64,000 nt of DNA, taken from Pedobacter sp. (GTDB lineage Bacteria; Desulfobacterota; Desulfuromonadia; Desulfuromonadales; Syntrophotaleaceae). Shown piece after piece: positions 8,797-19,595 of the stretch. The notes beneath the pieces were generated by a model. That model was not told where the DNA came from. It made no database searches and was given only the letters and a program-made list of their open reading frames with translations. The first letter of the stretch is position 1. Each line of letters begins with the position of its first letter. Where the stretch lies: assembly GCA_050253415.1 (NCBI GenBank), contig JBFWJC010000005.1:32001-96000 (forward strand), in the 5' to 3' direction. Made by a program: the position numbers and the translations under genes.

Positions 8797-11037
8797 CTAA
8801 ATAGACAAGGTGTTAATGAAATTCTGTAAGTAATCATTTTCAATCTCAGGCAGTTTTGCTGATTCTTCCAGAAGATATTTGAAATATCCAGGCTTCAGAA
8901 AGTTTTCCGCTATAGGGGCAGGCTGAGGTTTGCAAAATAAGAAACCCTGTGCAAAATCGACACCTTTGCATTTCAAAAAGGACAATTGTTCCAATGTTTC
9001 CACGCCTTCGCCCACCAAGTAAAGATTAAGAGCCTTACCAAGATTTATAATAGTTTCGGTAATGGTCATCATCTGTGAGCTGGAATTGACTTTCTGAACA
9101 AAGCTCCTGTCGATTTTAAGTTTGGTTAGCGGAAACTTGTTCAGATGGCCGAGGGAACTGTAGCCCGTTCCAAAATCATCCAAGGCGAGTCCAAACCCCT
9201 TGTCTTTCATAGTCTGAAGCGTAATGAGCCCTTTCTCTACTTCGTGCATCAGTTCGTTTTCTAAAATCTCCAAAGTGAAATAGCGGGCCTTTATATCGAT
9301 TTCCTTTAAAATTTGGGTGAGCTTTTCAGAAAAGCCTTCTTTGCAAAATAATCGGGGGGGAAGATTGATGCTCAAGGCTATTTTTTTATGGCCGAGACTA
9401 TGCCAGTGTTTAAGCTGACCGGCAGCTGTTCGGAGGACCCATACAGTGAGCTTTTCGTTTAGGCCCATGCGCTCGACAGCAGGCAAAAAATCTGCAGGGG
9501 GTATTAAGCCCATTTTAGGGTGATCCCAGCGCACAAGAGCTTCCAGGGAAGTGGCGCTACCAGTGCGAAGATCAATGATGGGCTGATAATGTAAAATCAA
9601 TTGATCCTTCTCGATGGCATCCCAAAGCTCAGATTCCAGAAATATCGCCGTTTTCTGGTTGCCATTTAACAAAGAGCGGTTGAAAAATATGCACCCATCG
9701 TCTGCTTTTTTTGCTTGTATTTTTGCCATTGAAGCCCATTCCAATAACTGACCTGGGTTATTCTCGCTCAAACAAGACAAAGCGATGCCGGCATGTGGGT
9801 TCAGGCGCAACTTCACTCCTTCAACAACCATCGGTTTTCTCAATTTTTTTAGAATGTTTTTCGTTATTTTAACGACTTCGTCCTCGGTTTGAATTTTTTC
9901 GAGGACCAGGCCAAAACCTGCGCCGTCTAAACGACCGATGAGGTCTTTCGATGTGGCGAAATTTTCCAGCCTTTTAGCAATGATTTGAAGAACCTTGTCG
10001 CCCATAGTGCGACCAAATGTGTTGTTGAGGTCCCTGATACGTCCGGGTTCTATATTTATTAATGCAATCCGTGTTCCTGCAGTTTGAGCAGTGGTTAGAG
10101 TGATGGAGAGACATTCGACAAAAAATTGTCGTTTTGGCAATTGCGTTAATGGATCAAAAACGGATACTCGTTCTAATTCGTTTTGCGAGTGTTTTAACCG
10201 ATTTTCGAGTTCGATTCTTTCACTCATGTTGACAATGATGCCGCGAATTCCTGTTGGCTCCCCATCTGATCCTAGGATTAAGTTGGCGTAGACAACCAAC
10301 GGGAAACCCGTGCCGTCTTTTTTGCATCCCCAGTATTTTGCACTGGCGTTGATACCGCGAAGCTTCCGAGCAAAATTATCTTTTGCCCTTTGCCTGTCTT
10401 CTTCAATAAGGAAGTCGAAAATGCTAGAGCGTGTCTCTTCTTCGGAAGGGTGAAATGTGAAAAACTTGGAAAAGGCTTTATTGAAATACTGCAATCGCCC
10501 GGAAACATCGGTTTCAAAAACCGCTTGCGGCAACAAATCGGTCAAATCTCGTAAACGCCTTTCACTTTCACGAAGGGCTGCGTTTTCTTTCTTCCGTTCG
10601 GTCAAATCAATAATGACACCGATGAGTCCGCCTAAAGAACCATCCTGGTTGTAAAACTTGCTTTTTTGAAAGAGAACGTCTTTGACCATGCCATTTGAAG
10701 CGACAAGCTTTGTTTCATAAACCTGTTGACAATCTTTTGAATTTAAAAAGACATGATCAGCTTTATAGTAAACATCACCGTTTTCCTTGTTTGATACATC
10801 ATATACAGTGTGGCCTATAATGCGTTCCTTTGGTAAACCTATAAAATCGCCAAAACTCCTGTTGCAACCAAGATAAAAACCACTTGTATCTTTATAGAAA
10901 ACCGGAATAGGAACTTCGTCTAATAATGTTTGTAAAAATTCCATTTTGTTTTGAGAAGTTTCTGATAATTTATTTGTTTTTCTATTTTTAATAATTAGGC
11001 TAATCATTTTGTTTAGAGACTCACATGCGAAATTCAT
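8797..11037 (-). CDS. PAS-PAS-GGDEF(degenerate)-EAL phosphodiesterase
   Basis: Two PAS/PAC domains. GGDEF site reads DGAGF; EAL and DDFGTGYSSL intact. Confidence 0.9.
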   Translation of the reverse strand: MNFACESLNKMISLIIKNRKTNKLSETSQNKMEFLQTLLDEVPIPVFYKDTSGFYLGCNRSFGDFIGLPKERIIGHTVYDVSNKENGDVYYKADHVFLNSKDCQQVYETKLVASNGMVKDVLFQKSKFYNQDGSLGGLIGVIIDLTERKKENAALRESERRLRDLTDLLPQAVFETDVSGRLQYFNKAFSKFFTFHPSEEETRSSIFDFLIEEDRQRAKDNFARKLRGINASAKYWGCKKDGTGFPLVVYANLILGSDGEPTGIRGIIVNMSERIELENRLKHSQNELERVSVFDPLTQLPKRQFFVECLSITLTTAQTAGTRIALINIEPGRIRDLNNTFGRTMGDKVLQIIAKRLENFATSKDLIGRLDGAGFGLVLEKIQTEDEVVKITKNILKKLRKPMVVEGVKLRLNPHAGIALSCLSENNPGQLLEWASMAKIQAKKADDGCIFFNRSLLNGNQKTAIFLESELWDAIEKDQLILHYQPIIDLRTGSATSLEALVRWDHPKMGLIPPADFLPAVERMGLNEKLTVWVLRTAAGQLKHWHSLGHKKIALSINLPPRLFCKEGFSEKLTQILKEIDIKARYFTLEILENELMHEVEKGLITLQTMKDKGFGLALDDFGTGYSSLGHLNKFPLTKLKIDRSFVQKVNSSSQMMTITETIINLGKALNLYLVGEGVETLEQLSFLKCKGVDFAQGFLFCKPQPAPIAENFLKPGYFKYLLEESAKLPEIENDYLQNFINTLSI

Positions 11038-11384
11038 TGATAACCAGAGAGGTGGTAGGCCTTAGCCTCTGTAACTTTTTGAGCATCACCCAGAATTTAG
11101 ACAGACTAACCTTTGAAGTTTGGGGCTTCGAAAAAACTTACCTTTGTCAATTATGATCAACAACGGTGCAACAATTGTATCAAAGAGATTTTGGCGATTT
11201 TTTGGACCTATTTATCTGAAAACCTGGTGCAGACCATTTTGCGTTATGGGCATTTATACCATCAGCAAATTCCTCAAAAGGTCTTGCTGCGTAAAACTCT
11301 CGTGGAAGCCCCGAAAAATTCTCAAAAAAAGAAAACTTAACTTTTTCATAAACAGGTTTGAATCATGTGGGAGCTGACAAATAG

Positions 11385-13058
11385 TTATATTCCGTGTAAA
11401 ACAAGGGCAAGAAGCATCCCATGGACTCCCCATAATGCCCAGCGAAGCATAGTTCGTGAGTGGATGACCAGTACCTTGAAAGATAAAAACAAAATTAGTC
11501 CTTTCATAATCACTTCTGGGTAAATGTTGGGTAGCTTTAAATTTGTTGACGATATCGATATGCATAGGGGGAGACCAAATAGGAGGAAATCCATGGTCGA
11601 ATACCGCATTATATATTCCTTTTTTTTGAAAGCCATTTTGAAAAAGACCAATACAGCTACAGAACAGATAATAAGACGGTTGATCATGGTATATGACACA
11701 AAACAAAAACCGGCAGGCACCATAAGTCGTTCCGATTGAAAAGCAATGATAAGACCGGAAATGAACAGTACTGCCATGAGAAATGGGTTTCGTAAATCCC
11801 TAGCATAAAAAAACGATAAAGAACTCACGGTTAATAAAATCCCTGATATAACCGCGACCTGAGCATCAACAGCTACTGTGTAGTAATTAGTCCGGAAAAG
11901 AAAGACTAATAAAAGAGAAGCTAAAACTGGGTCGATCTTGGTACTCAAGGAGGCAAGCCAACGGTAAAAGCGCGTTTCTCTAAGACTTCGGTCAGAGTCC
12001 AGTCTAAGTATTGGTAATTTTCCTTTGTATTTAATTGATAGAGAGAGAGATGTATAAAAAACAATTGAAAGTATGAGGTAGGTTGAAAATAGCAGTCGTT
12101 CTGGCTGCTGGTAAAAAACCAGTGCCACCATGATCCAGAAAAGCGTGAGTCCATGAATAATCATAACGGTGAAGCGATGGTGAAAACCAAGATCAAGAAA
12201 ACGGTGATGCACATGACTCCGGTCTGGCGAGAAAGGGCTTTTTCCTAGGAAAAGCCTTCGAATCATGACTCTGAGAGTGTCGATGATGGGCAATCCAAGA
12301 ATAAGAAAAGGCACTACCGGTTTAATAGTCGATTCAGGTCCTTGGGTTAGAAAAATAGCCAAAAAACCAAGAATAAAACCAATGGTGAGACTACCTGCGT
12401 CCCCCATAAATATGCGAGACGGATAAATGTTGAATCGCAAAAAGCCGAAAATCCCCCCAATTAAAGCCGCGCAAAGGGACATCACGACTTCATTTCCTTC
12501 AAAATAGCCAATAAGGAAAAAACCACTCAGTGCCATGACCGCAAAACCACCTGCCAGACCGTCCAGTCCGTCGAGAAGATTTAGCGCATTCACTACTCCA
12601 ACAATAGCAAAAACAGTGAAAGGGATGCCGATCCAGAGGGGTAGGCTGATTGGGCCAGTTCCAAGAGGGTCTCCGATATTTGTGATGTACAACTGCCCGA
12701 CAAAAATGGTTATCAGGCAACCACAAATCTCGCCGAAAAACTTTTTTTTGGCGGAAAGACCATACAAGTCGTCCACCAACCCAGTAGAAAATAAAATTAG
12801 GGAGCCCGCTAAAATGCCCCTGACTTGGCAATTAATCTTTTCAAAGATCAAAATAGAAAATAAAAATGCGATGAAAATCGCTACTCCACCTAGCCGCGGC
12901 ATTGGTCGGAAATGAACCTTGCGATCATTTGGGATATCAAAATGCCTCTTTTCGATGGCCCATCGTCTCAAAGCGGGTACCATTATCAGCGAAAGGAAAA
13001 GAGCTGTCATCGAAATGTATATTACATTCGTATATTCTATGGTGAGAGCGTTTTTCAT
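11385..13058 (-). CDS. WecA/MraY-family undecaprenyl-phosphate GlcNAc-1-phosphate transferase with extra C-terminal membrane region
   Basis: RKVH..PMPRLGG, GLVDD, NALNLLDGLDGLA, IFMGDAGS and PDRSHVHH motifs. Confidence 0.9.
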   Translation of the reverse strand: MKNALTIEYTNVIYISMTALFLSLIMVPALRRWAIEKRHFDIPNDRKVHFRPMPRLGGVAIFIAFLFSILIFEKINCQVRGILAGSLILFSTGLVDDLYGLSAKKKFFGEICGCLITIFVGQLYITNIGDPLGTGPISLPLWIGIPFTVFAIVGVVNALNLLDGLDGLAGGFAVMALSGFFLIGYFEGNEVVMSLCAALIGGIFGFLRFNIYPSRIFMGDAGSLTIGFILGFLAIFLTQGPESTIKPVVPFLILGLPIIDTLRVMIRRLFLGKSPFSPDRSHVHHRFLDLGFHHRFTVMIIHGLTLFWIMVALVFYQQPERLLFSTYLILSIVFYTSLSLSIKYKGKLPILRLDSDRSLRETRFYRWLASLSTKIDPVLASLLLVFLFRTNYYTVAVDAQVAVISGILLTVSSLSFFYARDLRNPFLMAVLFISGLIIAFQSERLMVPAGFCFVSYTMINRLIICSVAVLVFFKMAFKKKEYIMRYSTMDFLLFGLPLCISISSTNLKLPNIYPEVIMKGLILFLSFKVLVIHSRTMLRWALWGVHGMLLALVLHGI

Positions 13059-13571
13059 TCAGTTAAATTTTCCGATTATTGTTAAAAAAATCGTAATCTT
13101 TTCAGAGCGAATATCTCTTTGTTAACACCTTTGGGAGGGGGTAGAGTATTTTTGGTCAAAATAGTTAGGATTGCATAGCAAAGGTCTTAAGAAATCACAC
13201 AAGGAAATATTAAATAGCCGCGTTTGTTTAATCTGGAATATAGGCTATTGAATCATTTGTAGAAGACAGTATATGAATTCTTATCTATAAAAATAAAGAT
13301 ACACAGATTTAATTATTTCATAAAATCCGGCAAGCTAAGATAGTATTGATATGTTTCTACGAACAAATATTAATCTTTTTAAAGTAAAAATATTTTTTTC
13401 TACAATAATCACAGCGATAGACGTGCTTAATGAAAAGAAAACTCATCCAAAAAGGTTTTTTTAAACGAAAAACCTGACCAACATTGCACTTAATACACTG
13501 CATATAAAAATCCAAATTAAATAATTAGTAAATAAAGAGTATTTTATTCTACGAAACCATATGGAAACTTA

Positions 13572-15323
13572 TTATTTCAGTTGATTTTTTTTGATCGAAA
13601 TTGAACTTATAAAGTTCAAAATCTTTTTAGGCTTACCAAAATAATAGCCTTGAGCATATCGACAACCTTTAAGAATCAGGAAAATTCGTTGCGTTTCCGA
13701 TTCTACCCCCTCAGCTATTAACTCAACATTGAGTGACTTGGCCAGGCTGATAATTGTTTCAATGATGGGGCAGGGGGCGTTAGCGTCTTTGATTTCATCT
13801 GTAAAAGATTTGTCTATTTTAATCTGATCGATGGAGAAATTTTTCAGATAACCAAGAGATGAGTATCCGGTACCAAAGTCATCTATGGATATCTTAATAC
13901 CGAGAAGTTTTAATTTTAAAAGTAATTCTTTGGCGTTCTGTGCATTTTCCATGAGGATTGATTCGGTAATCTCAAGTTTTAACCGATCTCCCGGAAATTT
14001 AGTTTCAAATAAGATTTCACGAATGACTTCGTTTAAATTCGGCTTTTCGAATTGTCTTCCAGAAAGATTGATCGATAAATCAAGTTGATAGATTTCTTCA
14101 TTTGCTAATGGCAGGAACTCCTGACATGCTTTGCGTATAACCCATTCACCTATGGGGGTGATAAGACCCGTCTCTTCTGCGATGGGTATAAACTCAGCAG
14201 GAGAGATGTTTCCTTTTTCCGGATGATACCAGCGCAGCAAGGCTTCAGCTCCGGTTATTTTTCCCGTTATCATATCGACCTGAGGTTGATATTCGAGGTA
14301 CAGTTCATCGTGTTCCAGTGCTTTTCTGAGGCCATTTTCAATTTCAAGTCTCCTTATGAGTTTTTCATTCATTTCTGAAGAAAAAAACTGATAAGTATTG
14401 CCTCGATGCTCCTTCGCTACATACATTGCGGTGTCAGCATTTCTCATAAGAGTGCTTGTATCGCTCCCATCGAATGGAAAAACTGATATACCAATGCTAC
14501 CTGTAATGTAGACTTCGTGGCCTTTGATGTTAAATGGCATTTCTAAGGCTTTTAAGATTTTATGAGCTATTTTTGATAAATTTTCTAAACACTTGAACCC
14601 AGGTAAAAGGATTACAAATTCATCGCCGCCGAGTCTCGACAGAGTGTCGGTCTCTCGCAGGCATGCAGTCAATCTTTTTGCTACAAACTTTAAAAGCAAG
14701 TCTCCAGCAGCATGTCCAAGACTATCATTTACCTTTTTAAATAAGTCCAAATCCAAAAACATGACAGCAAGATTTTTATCGAACCTTTTTGCCTCGGCTA
14801 TACCTTGTTTTAAACGATCAAGAAGTAGTTTTCTATTTGGAAGATTTGTCAAACTGTCTCGGAAAGAAAGGTCCTGAATTAATTCATTTGCTATGGTAGT
14901 TTTAGAGGAATCCGTAAATAAAAGAACGATGGCTTTATTGCCGTTTATTGTTTTTTTTAAAAATGAACAGTCAATATGTTTTTTATTCTTTGAATTTTCA
15001 AAACCAACTATTGCGTTGTAATCTTTTTCAAAGTCTATTTCTTTTAAGAAATAATTGTTAGGCTTTTCTTGGAAATTTATTGATAAACTTGTTTTTTCAC
15101 AGTCTTTCAGTGAAAGTTTTAAATATTTTATAGATTTATCTGTGACTAAAGTTTCACTGAAAATATCACTTGCGACTTTGTTATAAGACAAAACCTTACC
15201 ATTGTTTAATAATACTATTATGCCAGCATTAAGTTTATTTGTTATATCTTGTAAAAATTCTTTGTCCGTGAACTTAATGTCTTCAAAATTTATAAGCGCG
15301 GAGGTCATATATTTTTTCTCCAA
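13572..15323 (-). CDS. GGDEF-EAL bifunctional protein with PAS-like N-terminus
   Basis: DLDLFKKVNDSLGH, RLGGDEF, EAL and DDFGTGYSSL all intact. Confidence 0.9.
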   Translation of the reverse strand: MEKKYMTSALINFEDIKFTDKEFLQDITNKLNAGIIVLLNNGKVLSYNKVASDIFSETLVTDKSIKYLKLSLKDCEKTSLSINFQEKPNNYFLKEIDFEKDYNAIVGFENSKNKKHIDCSFLKKTINGNKAIVLLFTDSSKTTIANELIQDLSFRDSLTNLPNRKLLLDRLKQGIAEAKRFDKNLAVMFLDLDLFKKVNDSLGHAAGDLLLKFVAKRLTACLRETDTLSRLGGDEFVILLPGFKCLENLSKIAHKILKALEMPFNIKGHEVYITGSIGISVFPFDGSDTSTLMRNADTAMYVAKEHRGNTYQFFSSEMNEKLIRRLEIENGLRKALEHDELYLEYQPQVDMITGKITGAEALLRWYHPEKGNISPAEFIPIAEETGLITPIGEWVIRKACQEFLPLANEEIYQLDLSINLSGRQFEKPNLNEVIREILFETKFPGDRLKLEITESILMENAQNAKELLLKLKLLGIKISIDDFGTGYSSLGYLKNFSIDQIKIDKSFTDEIKDANAPCPIIETIISLAKSLNVELIAEGVESETQRIFLILKGCRYAQGYYFGKPKKILNFISSISIKKNQLK

Positions 15324-15332
15324 ATGAAGGGT

Positions 15333-16268
15333 TCAAGAAAAGTTAAAGCTATTACCTCCACTCTTTTTTGATAAATACATACGTTTGTCGGCCTCAGTAA
15401 TTAACTCTTCAGGCGTATCAAGCTTTTCTATCACTTTTGTTATCCCTATGCTTGCAGAGCAATTTACTTTTTCACCACTAATTAGATAAACAAAATTTAG
15501 ATTATTGACAATTCTTTGAGCGATAACTGGAATCTTAGATTCGCATGATATGTTAGGCAATATGATAAAAAATTCATCACCCCCAAGGCGACAAACGATG
15601 TCATTAGCGCGAAGAGACTCTTTCAGTTTTTCTGCAAAGAATTTTAAAACGCTATCACCTACAGAATGCCCGTACTTATCATTTATCAACTTAAATCTGT
15701 CTAGGTCAATAAGTGCTACATAGTAATTTTTTTTGTTATACTTATTGAAGGCAATGATGTCTTTCAACTTATCAATCAAAAAACTTCTATTATATAGCCC
15801 TGTAATTGGATCAGTAATCGACAATCTTTTTAGACTTTTTAATGACATGGTTTGTTTTGTGAAGTCCATGCCAGCAGCTACTATGTTATAACCATTTTCT
15901 GTTTCAGTGTGCTTCACAGCTACTAATTTTACGTTAATGTACGTGGTAGTGCCGTTGGACTTTCTAACTATTATTGTCTTTGTTTTTTCAGGTTCGTTGA
16001 AAATCTTGTCCTTAATGTCAACCTTTTTAAATCCGCGTAATAACTTTATTAAATTTGGTACCTCATATTCTTTTTCATAGGAATCAAACAAGTTTAAAAA
16101 TAAACTGTTAGCCTTTATAAAATTACCGTCTGAGTCAAAGACGCTTATGTAATATCCAAACAAATTCAGTAATTCAAAAGCACTGTATAATTCATGACTG
16201 TTAATCTTATGGGTGATGCCTGTTTTTTTCTTCAAAATAGAACTTTTTTTATTGACAACTTGTTTCAT
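15333..16268 (-). CDS. PAS-GGDEF diguanylate cyclase
   Basis: DLDRFKLINDKYGHSVGD, RxxD (RAND) and RLGGDEF. AT-rich. Confidence 0.88.
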   Translation of the reverse strand: MKQVVNKKSSILKKKTGITHKINSHELYSAFELLNLFGYYISVFDSDGNFIKANSLFLNLFDSYEKEYEVPNLIKLLRGFKKVDIKDKIFNEPEKTKTIIVRKSNGTTTYINVKLVAVKHTETENGYNIVAAGMDFTKQTMSLKSLKRLSITDPITGLYNRSFLIDKLKDIIAFNKYNKKNYYVALIDLDRFKLINDKYGHSVGDSVLKFFAEKLKESLRANDIVCRLGGDEFFIILPNISCESKIPVIAQRIVNNLNFVYLISGEKVNCSASIGITKVIEKLDTPEELITEADKRMYLSKKSGGNSFNFS

Positions 16269-16355
16269 GTTGGACCTATCACTGAAAATTGTTGACTTAA
16301 AGAATTGAAAGGGTTCTATGCGTCTACAAACGTGTTCCTTGCCTTTAGATCATAG

Positions 16356-16388
16356 AAAAAAGGCCACCTTCAATCCGAAGGTGGCCTT
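16356..16388 (-). terminator. Intrinsic terminator (riboswitch expression platform)
   Basis: Minus strand AAGGCCACCTTC-GGATT-GAAGGTGGCCTT-TTTTT, between the aptamer and the 16268 start. Confidence 0.85.
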
Positions 16389-16423
16389 AAGCACGCATCT
16401 CAGCAATGCGATACCTTTGTCTC

Positions 16424-16500
16424 TTCGGCAGCTTGGCGATCCACACTTTGTGGACCCATAGCTTTGCGTCCCTGTATTGCTACAGGTTTGCTTTTATCGG
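16424..16500 (-). ncRNA. GEMM-I (c-di-GMP-I class) riboswitch with A at the G20-equivalent position
   Basis: Minus strand CCGATAAAAGCAAACCTGTA-GCAA-TACAGGGACGCAAAGCTATGGGTCCACAAAGTGTGGATCGCCAAGCTGCCGAA. Shows GCAAACC, a GNRA-capped P2, GGACGCAAAGC, a P3 stem and terminal GCCGA. Confidence 0.9.
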
Positions 16501-17383
16501 AAAACAATATGAAAATAGTTGTGGGCAAACAATGCCCTGTTTAATTACCTTTTTTTGTAAAAAAATAAGATTTAATAAAATCGAGTAACTTGGTCAGTTG
16601 TCAAACAATTGATCTTCACGTAATTTTTTAAAGCATACTTGTTTTGAAGAGACTAATTCTTATATTTCTTCAATTTTTCTGAATGTTAAAAATTGGAACC
16701 ATTTTATCTTAATCGGATTCAAGTGTCATGCTTTTGACTATTCTCTACATCCTAACAAACCTAATTGTCAAGGTTAAATGTTGAGGTTAGGGTGAGTGTT
16801 TCTCCGTTTTTCTGCGGGATCCATCGAATATATCTTGTTGGATAAGCCACCAAGTAGCCACAATAATTTATGCTTTTGGCGTCTGAAAGGTCTGAAGTCC
16901 TGTTAAACATTATTAAGTCCTTATTGAGTTTACCTTGGGCGATTCCGGTTTTTTAGGGTGAATTCGTTGGTTGGTCCTGTTATGTGATACGATTGTCGCG
17001 CGAGCCGTCCTTAAGCCGGGGGGGAGGATACTCTGCTTTTTACGCACCGGAGGCGCCCTAGGTCACCCAAGCAGCAAGATGTCAAAATCATCTCACCGTT
17101 ACGTCAAACATATTCAATCTCCTGTAATGCTAGAATATTACCTGATGATAGGCACTAATGATCGGAAAAATTCCACGCTACAGTTTGACAATTAATTGAA
17201 AAATGGCTTATAAGTTCAATGTGTACGTGGCAAAAACGCTGGCACGCAGCAGGTCCGGGAGGAAAATCACAGAGGATAATCCTGCTTGCTCTTCAGGCCA
17301 GGCGGGTTTGTAATGTCGCTTGTTGTCATCGATATTCATGCTCCTTCTTCGGTCTGAAGAAGGTTTTTTTGTTGGGAGAGGTC

Positions 17384-19543
17384 GTGAGAAGGAAACTTTT
17401 AATTTGTATTAGTGCATTCACTGTCATATTCATCATCATAATAAGCAGCATTATATGGACCCGCAAATGGCGAATGGTGGGGACTGCACCTGCGTATTCA
17501 AATAAAGTTTATAAACTACAATTCGGTCATGACCTGGCGGCTGACAGTGCTCAACACGTAGCAGCACTAAAATTTGCTTCCCTGGTGGAGCAAAGAACGG
17601 CCGGCCGAGTAAACATTCGAGTTTATCCTGATCACCAATTGGGCAACGATCATGAGATGATCGAGGCTACTCGAAACGGCGATTTGGCCATTACCCTTGC
17701 GCCAACGGCCAAATTGAGTTCGATTGTTCCCGCTATGCAATATGTCGATCTGCCTTTTCTTTTTCCCTCTCGAGAAGACGCCTATGAACTCCTGGACGGT
17801 GAACCGGGGCGAATGATACTTGAACAGTTGAATGCTTATGGGCTTGTGGGAGTTACCTACTGGGAAATTGGATTCAAACAGTTTACAGCCAACCGTTCCA
17901 TACGCCTACCTTCCGATTTCAATGGTCTGAACGTTCGGGTTATGAAAAGTCCTCTTATTATGGATCAGTTCAAGGCTTTTGGTGCCAATCCGATTCCCAT
18001 TGAATTTCAACAAACCTACCAGGCCTTGTTTGACGGGGTGGTTGATGCTCAAGAAAACCCATTGGTTTCTATTGTCAATAGGAAATTTTATGAAGTGCAG
18101 TCCGATGTGGTGATCAGCAACCACGCCTATCTCGGGAGCGTTTTTCTTATCAGTAAAAAAATGCTGGATTCCCTTCCGAAGGATCTTCGCGAAACTCTCA
18201 TTGTCACAGCCCAAGAATTGACCTCCTTTGAGAGAGAAGAAACGCAAGAGAGAGAAAAACGATTTCTTGAAATGTTAGAAACAAAAGGGGTCCATATATA
18301 TTTTTTAAATCCCAAAGAACGTGAGAAATTTCGAGCTGCTACTGAACATATCGTCGCAACCTACCGGGACATCATTGGTCCGCAAATTCTGGATATGACT
18401 TTTCAGTATCTAGACAAAAAATCAGTATTTGAAGGGAGTGAAGCAATCGTGATCGGCCTTGATGCCGATATGACGCTTGGCTCGGGATCTTCAGGCTTGG
18501 CCATTAAAAGAGGGATGGAACTTGCGGTCGATGACATTAACATGGCAGGTGGATTGCTGGGAAAAAAATTGAAAATTATAACTCGTGACCATGGGGGGAT
18601 CAGTGCCCGCGGACTGCGAAATATGGATTTTTTCTCGGGGGTCGGGAACTTGGTGGCGGTGATGGGAGGACTACATAGTCCGGTTGCTCTTTCCGAGCTT
18701 GACTTTATCCATCGAAAGAAAATTATCTATCTCGATCCCTGGGCAGCAGCCACCGATATTGTTAATAATGGATATGACCCAAATTACGTATTCAGGATCT
18801 CAGCAAATGACCGGGATGCGGGGCAGTTTATCGTAGAACAGGCTCTCCACAGATATAAGAATATTGCTCTTCTTTTGGAAAATACTGGTTGGGGTCGGAG
18901 CAATTACCAGGCGATAACCGAGACATTGTCGGATAAAGGAGTAATGCCAGTTGAGGTGCAGTGGTTTAACTGGGGTGAAACCGACATGACACCCCAACTA
19001 ACCAAAATCACAGATTCTGGTGCAGATGTTTTACTTATGGTTGCTAACGCACCGGAAGGAGTCAATATTATCCGTAGCATGAGCAAATTATCCTGGAAAC
19101 TCCCCATCCTTTCCCACTGGGGAATTACGGGAGGGGATTTTTGGGCACATGTTCATGGCGACCTGAAATTGGTTGACTTACAATTTTTACAGACATTTTC
19201 CTTTCTCTCTTCGGAAAATGAAAAAGCACGTAATCTTGGGGAGCGGTATTGTCAAAAATACCACCTTCCCAGTACCGAAATGATTTCTGTCCCATGCGGC
19301 ACTGCTCATGCTTACGATTTGGTTCATTTATTAGGTAAGGCCATCATTCGGGCTGGCTCTTTTGATCGGCCTACTGTCAGGGACGCCTTGGAGAAAGTTG
19401 GCTCTTATCATGGAGTGTTGAAAACGTACGAGCCGCCTTTTACAGTGGAGCGGCACGATGCATTGTCCAAGAAAGACTTCTTTCTGGCCCGGTATGATGA
19501 TTATGGTCATATCATTCCGGTGACTGCAGTCGGCCGGCAGTAA
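17384..19543 (+). CDS. Fused DctP (TRAP) and LivK-type (ABC) solute-binding protein
   Basis: Likely GTG start at 17384 after GGAGAGG (ORF track starts at 17219). N-terminal TM, DctP half (QLG..EM; GLNVRVM; DAQENP; SNH), then a LivK-like half (INMAGGLLGKKL; ENTGWG; AHAYD). Confidence 0.85.
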   Translation: MRRKLLICISAFTVIFIIIISSIIWTRKWRMVGTAPAYSNKVYKLQFGHDLAADSAQHVAALKFASLVEQRTAGRVNIRVYPDHQLGNDHEMIEATRNGDLAITLAPTAKLSSIVPAMQYVDLPFLFPSREDAYELLDGEPGRMILEQLNAYGLVGVTYWEIGFKQFTANRSIRLPSDFNGLNVRVMKSPLIMDQFKAFGANPIPIEFQQTYQALFDGVVDAQENPLVSIVNRKFYEVQSDVVISNHAYLGSVFLISKKMLDSLPKDLRETLIVTAQELTSFEREETQEREKRFLEMLETKGVHIYFLNPKEREKFRAATEHIVATYRDIIGPQILDMTFQYLDKKSVFEGSEAIVIGLDADMTLGSGSSGLAIKRGMELAVDDINMAGGLLGKKLKIITRDHGGISARGLRNMDFFSGVGNLVAVMGGLHSPVALSELDFIHRKKIIYLDPWAAATDIVNNGYDPNYVFRISANDRDAGQFIVEQALHRYKNIALLLENTGWGRSNYQAITETLSDKGVMPVEVQWFNWGETDMTPQLTKITDSGADVLLMVANAPEGVNIIRSMSKLSWKLPILSHWGITGGDFWAHVHGDLKLVDLQFLQTFSFLSSENEKARNLGERYCQKYHLPSTEMISVPCGTAHAYDLVHLLGKAIIRAGSFDRPTVRDALEKVGSYHGVLKTYEPPFTVERHDALSKKDFFLARYDDYGHIIPVTAVGRQ

Positions 19544-19595
19544 CTAAATTGCCTTTGGTGATCAAAATAAAACCAGTGTTGTGTGAATCGAAACG

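Noticed and set aside
11080..11181. Fourth operator/sigma54 promoter pair (GCAACAATTGTATC at 11168)
   Set aside because: The palindrome is broken on one side, and the GG at the expected distance has no -12 GC.
473..16268. Hypr-type cGAMP synthases among the GGDEF proteins
   Set aside because: All GGDEF domains with intact active sites keep Asp in GH..GD rather than the Ser/Thr of Hypr enzymes.
16780..17110. GC-richer patch in the intergenic region, possible IS end or sRNA
   Set aside because: I could not identify terminal repeats, coding similarity or a convincing structure by eye.
17219..17383. N-terminal extensions in the ORF track (also 28204, 29186, 31291, 33662, 47377, 48163, 59286)
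   Set aside because: Downstream starts have better SD context and coincide with domain boundaries.
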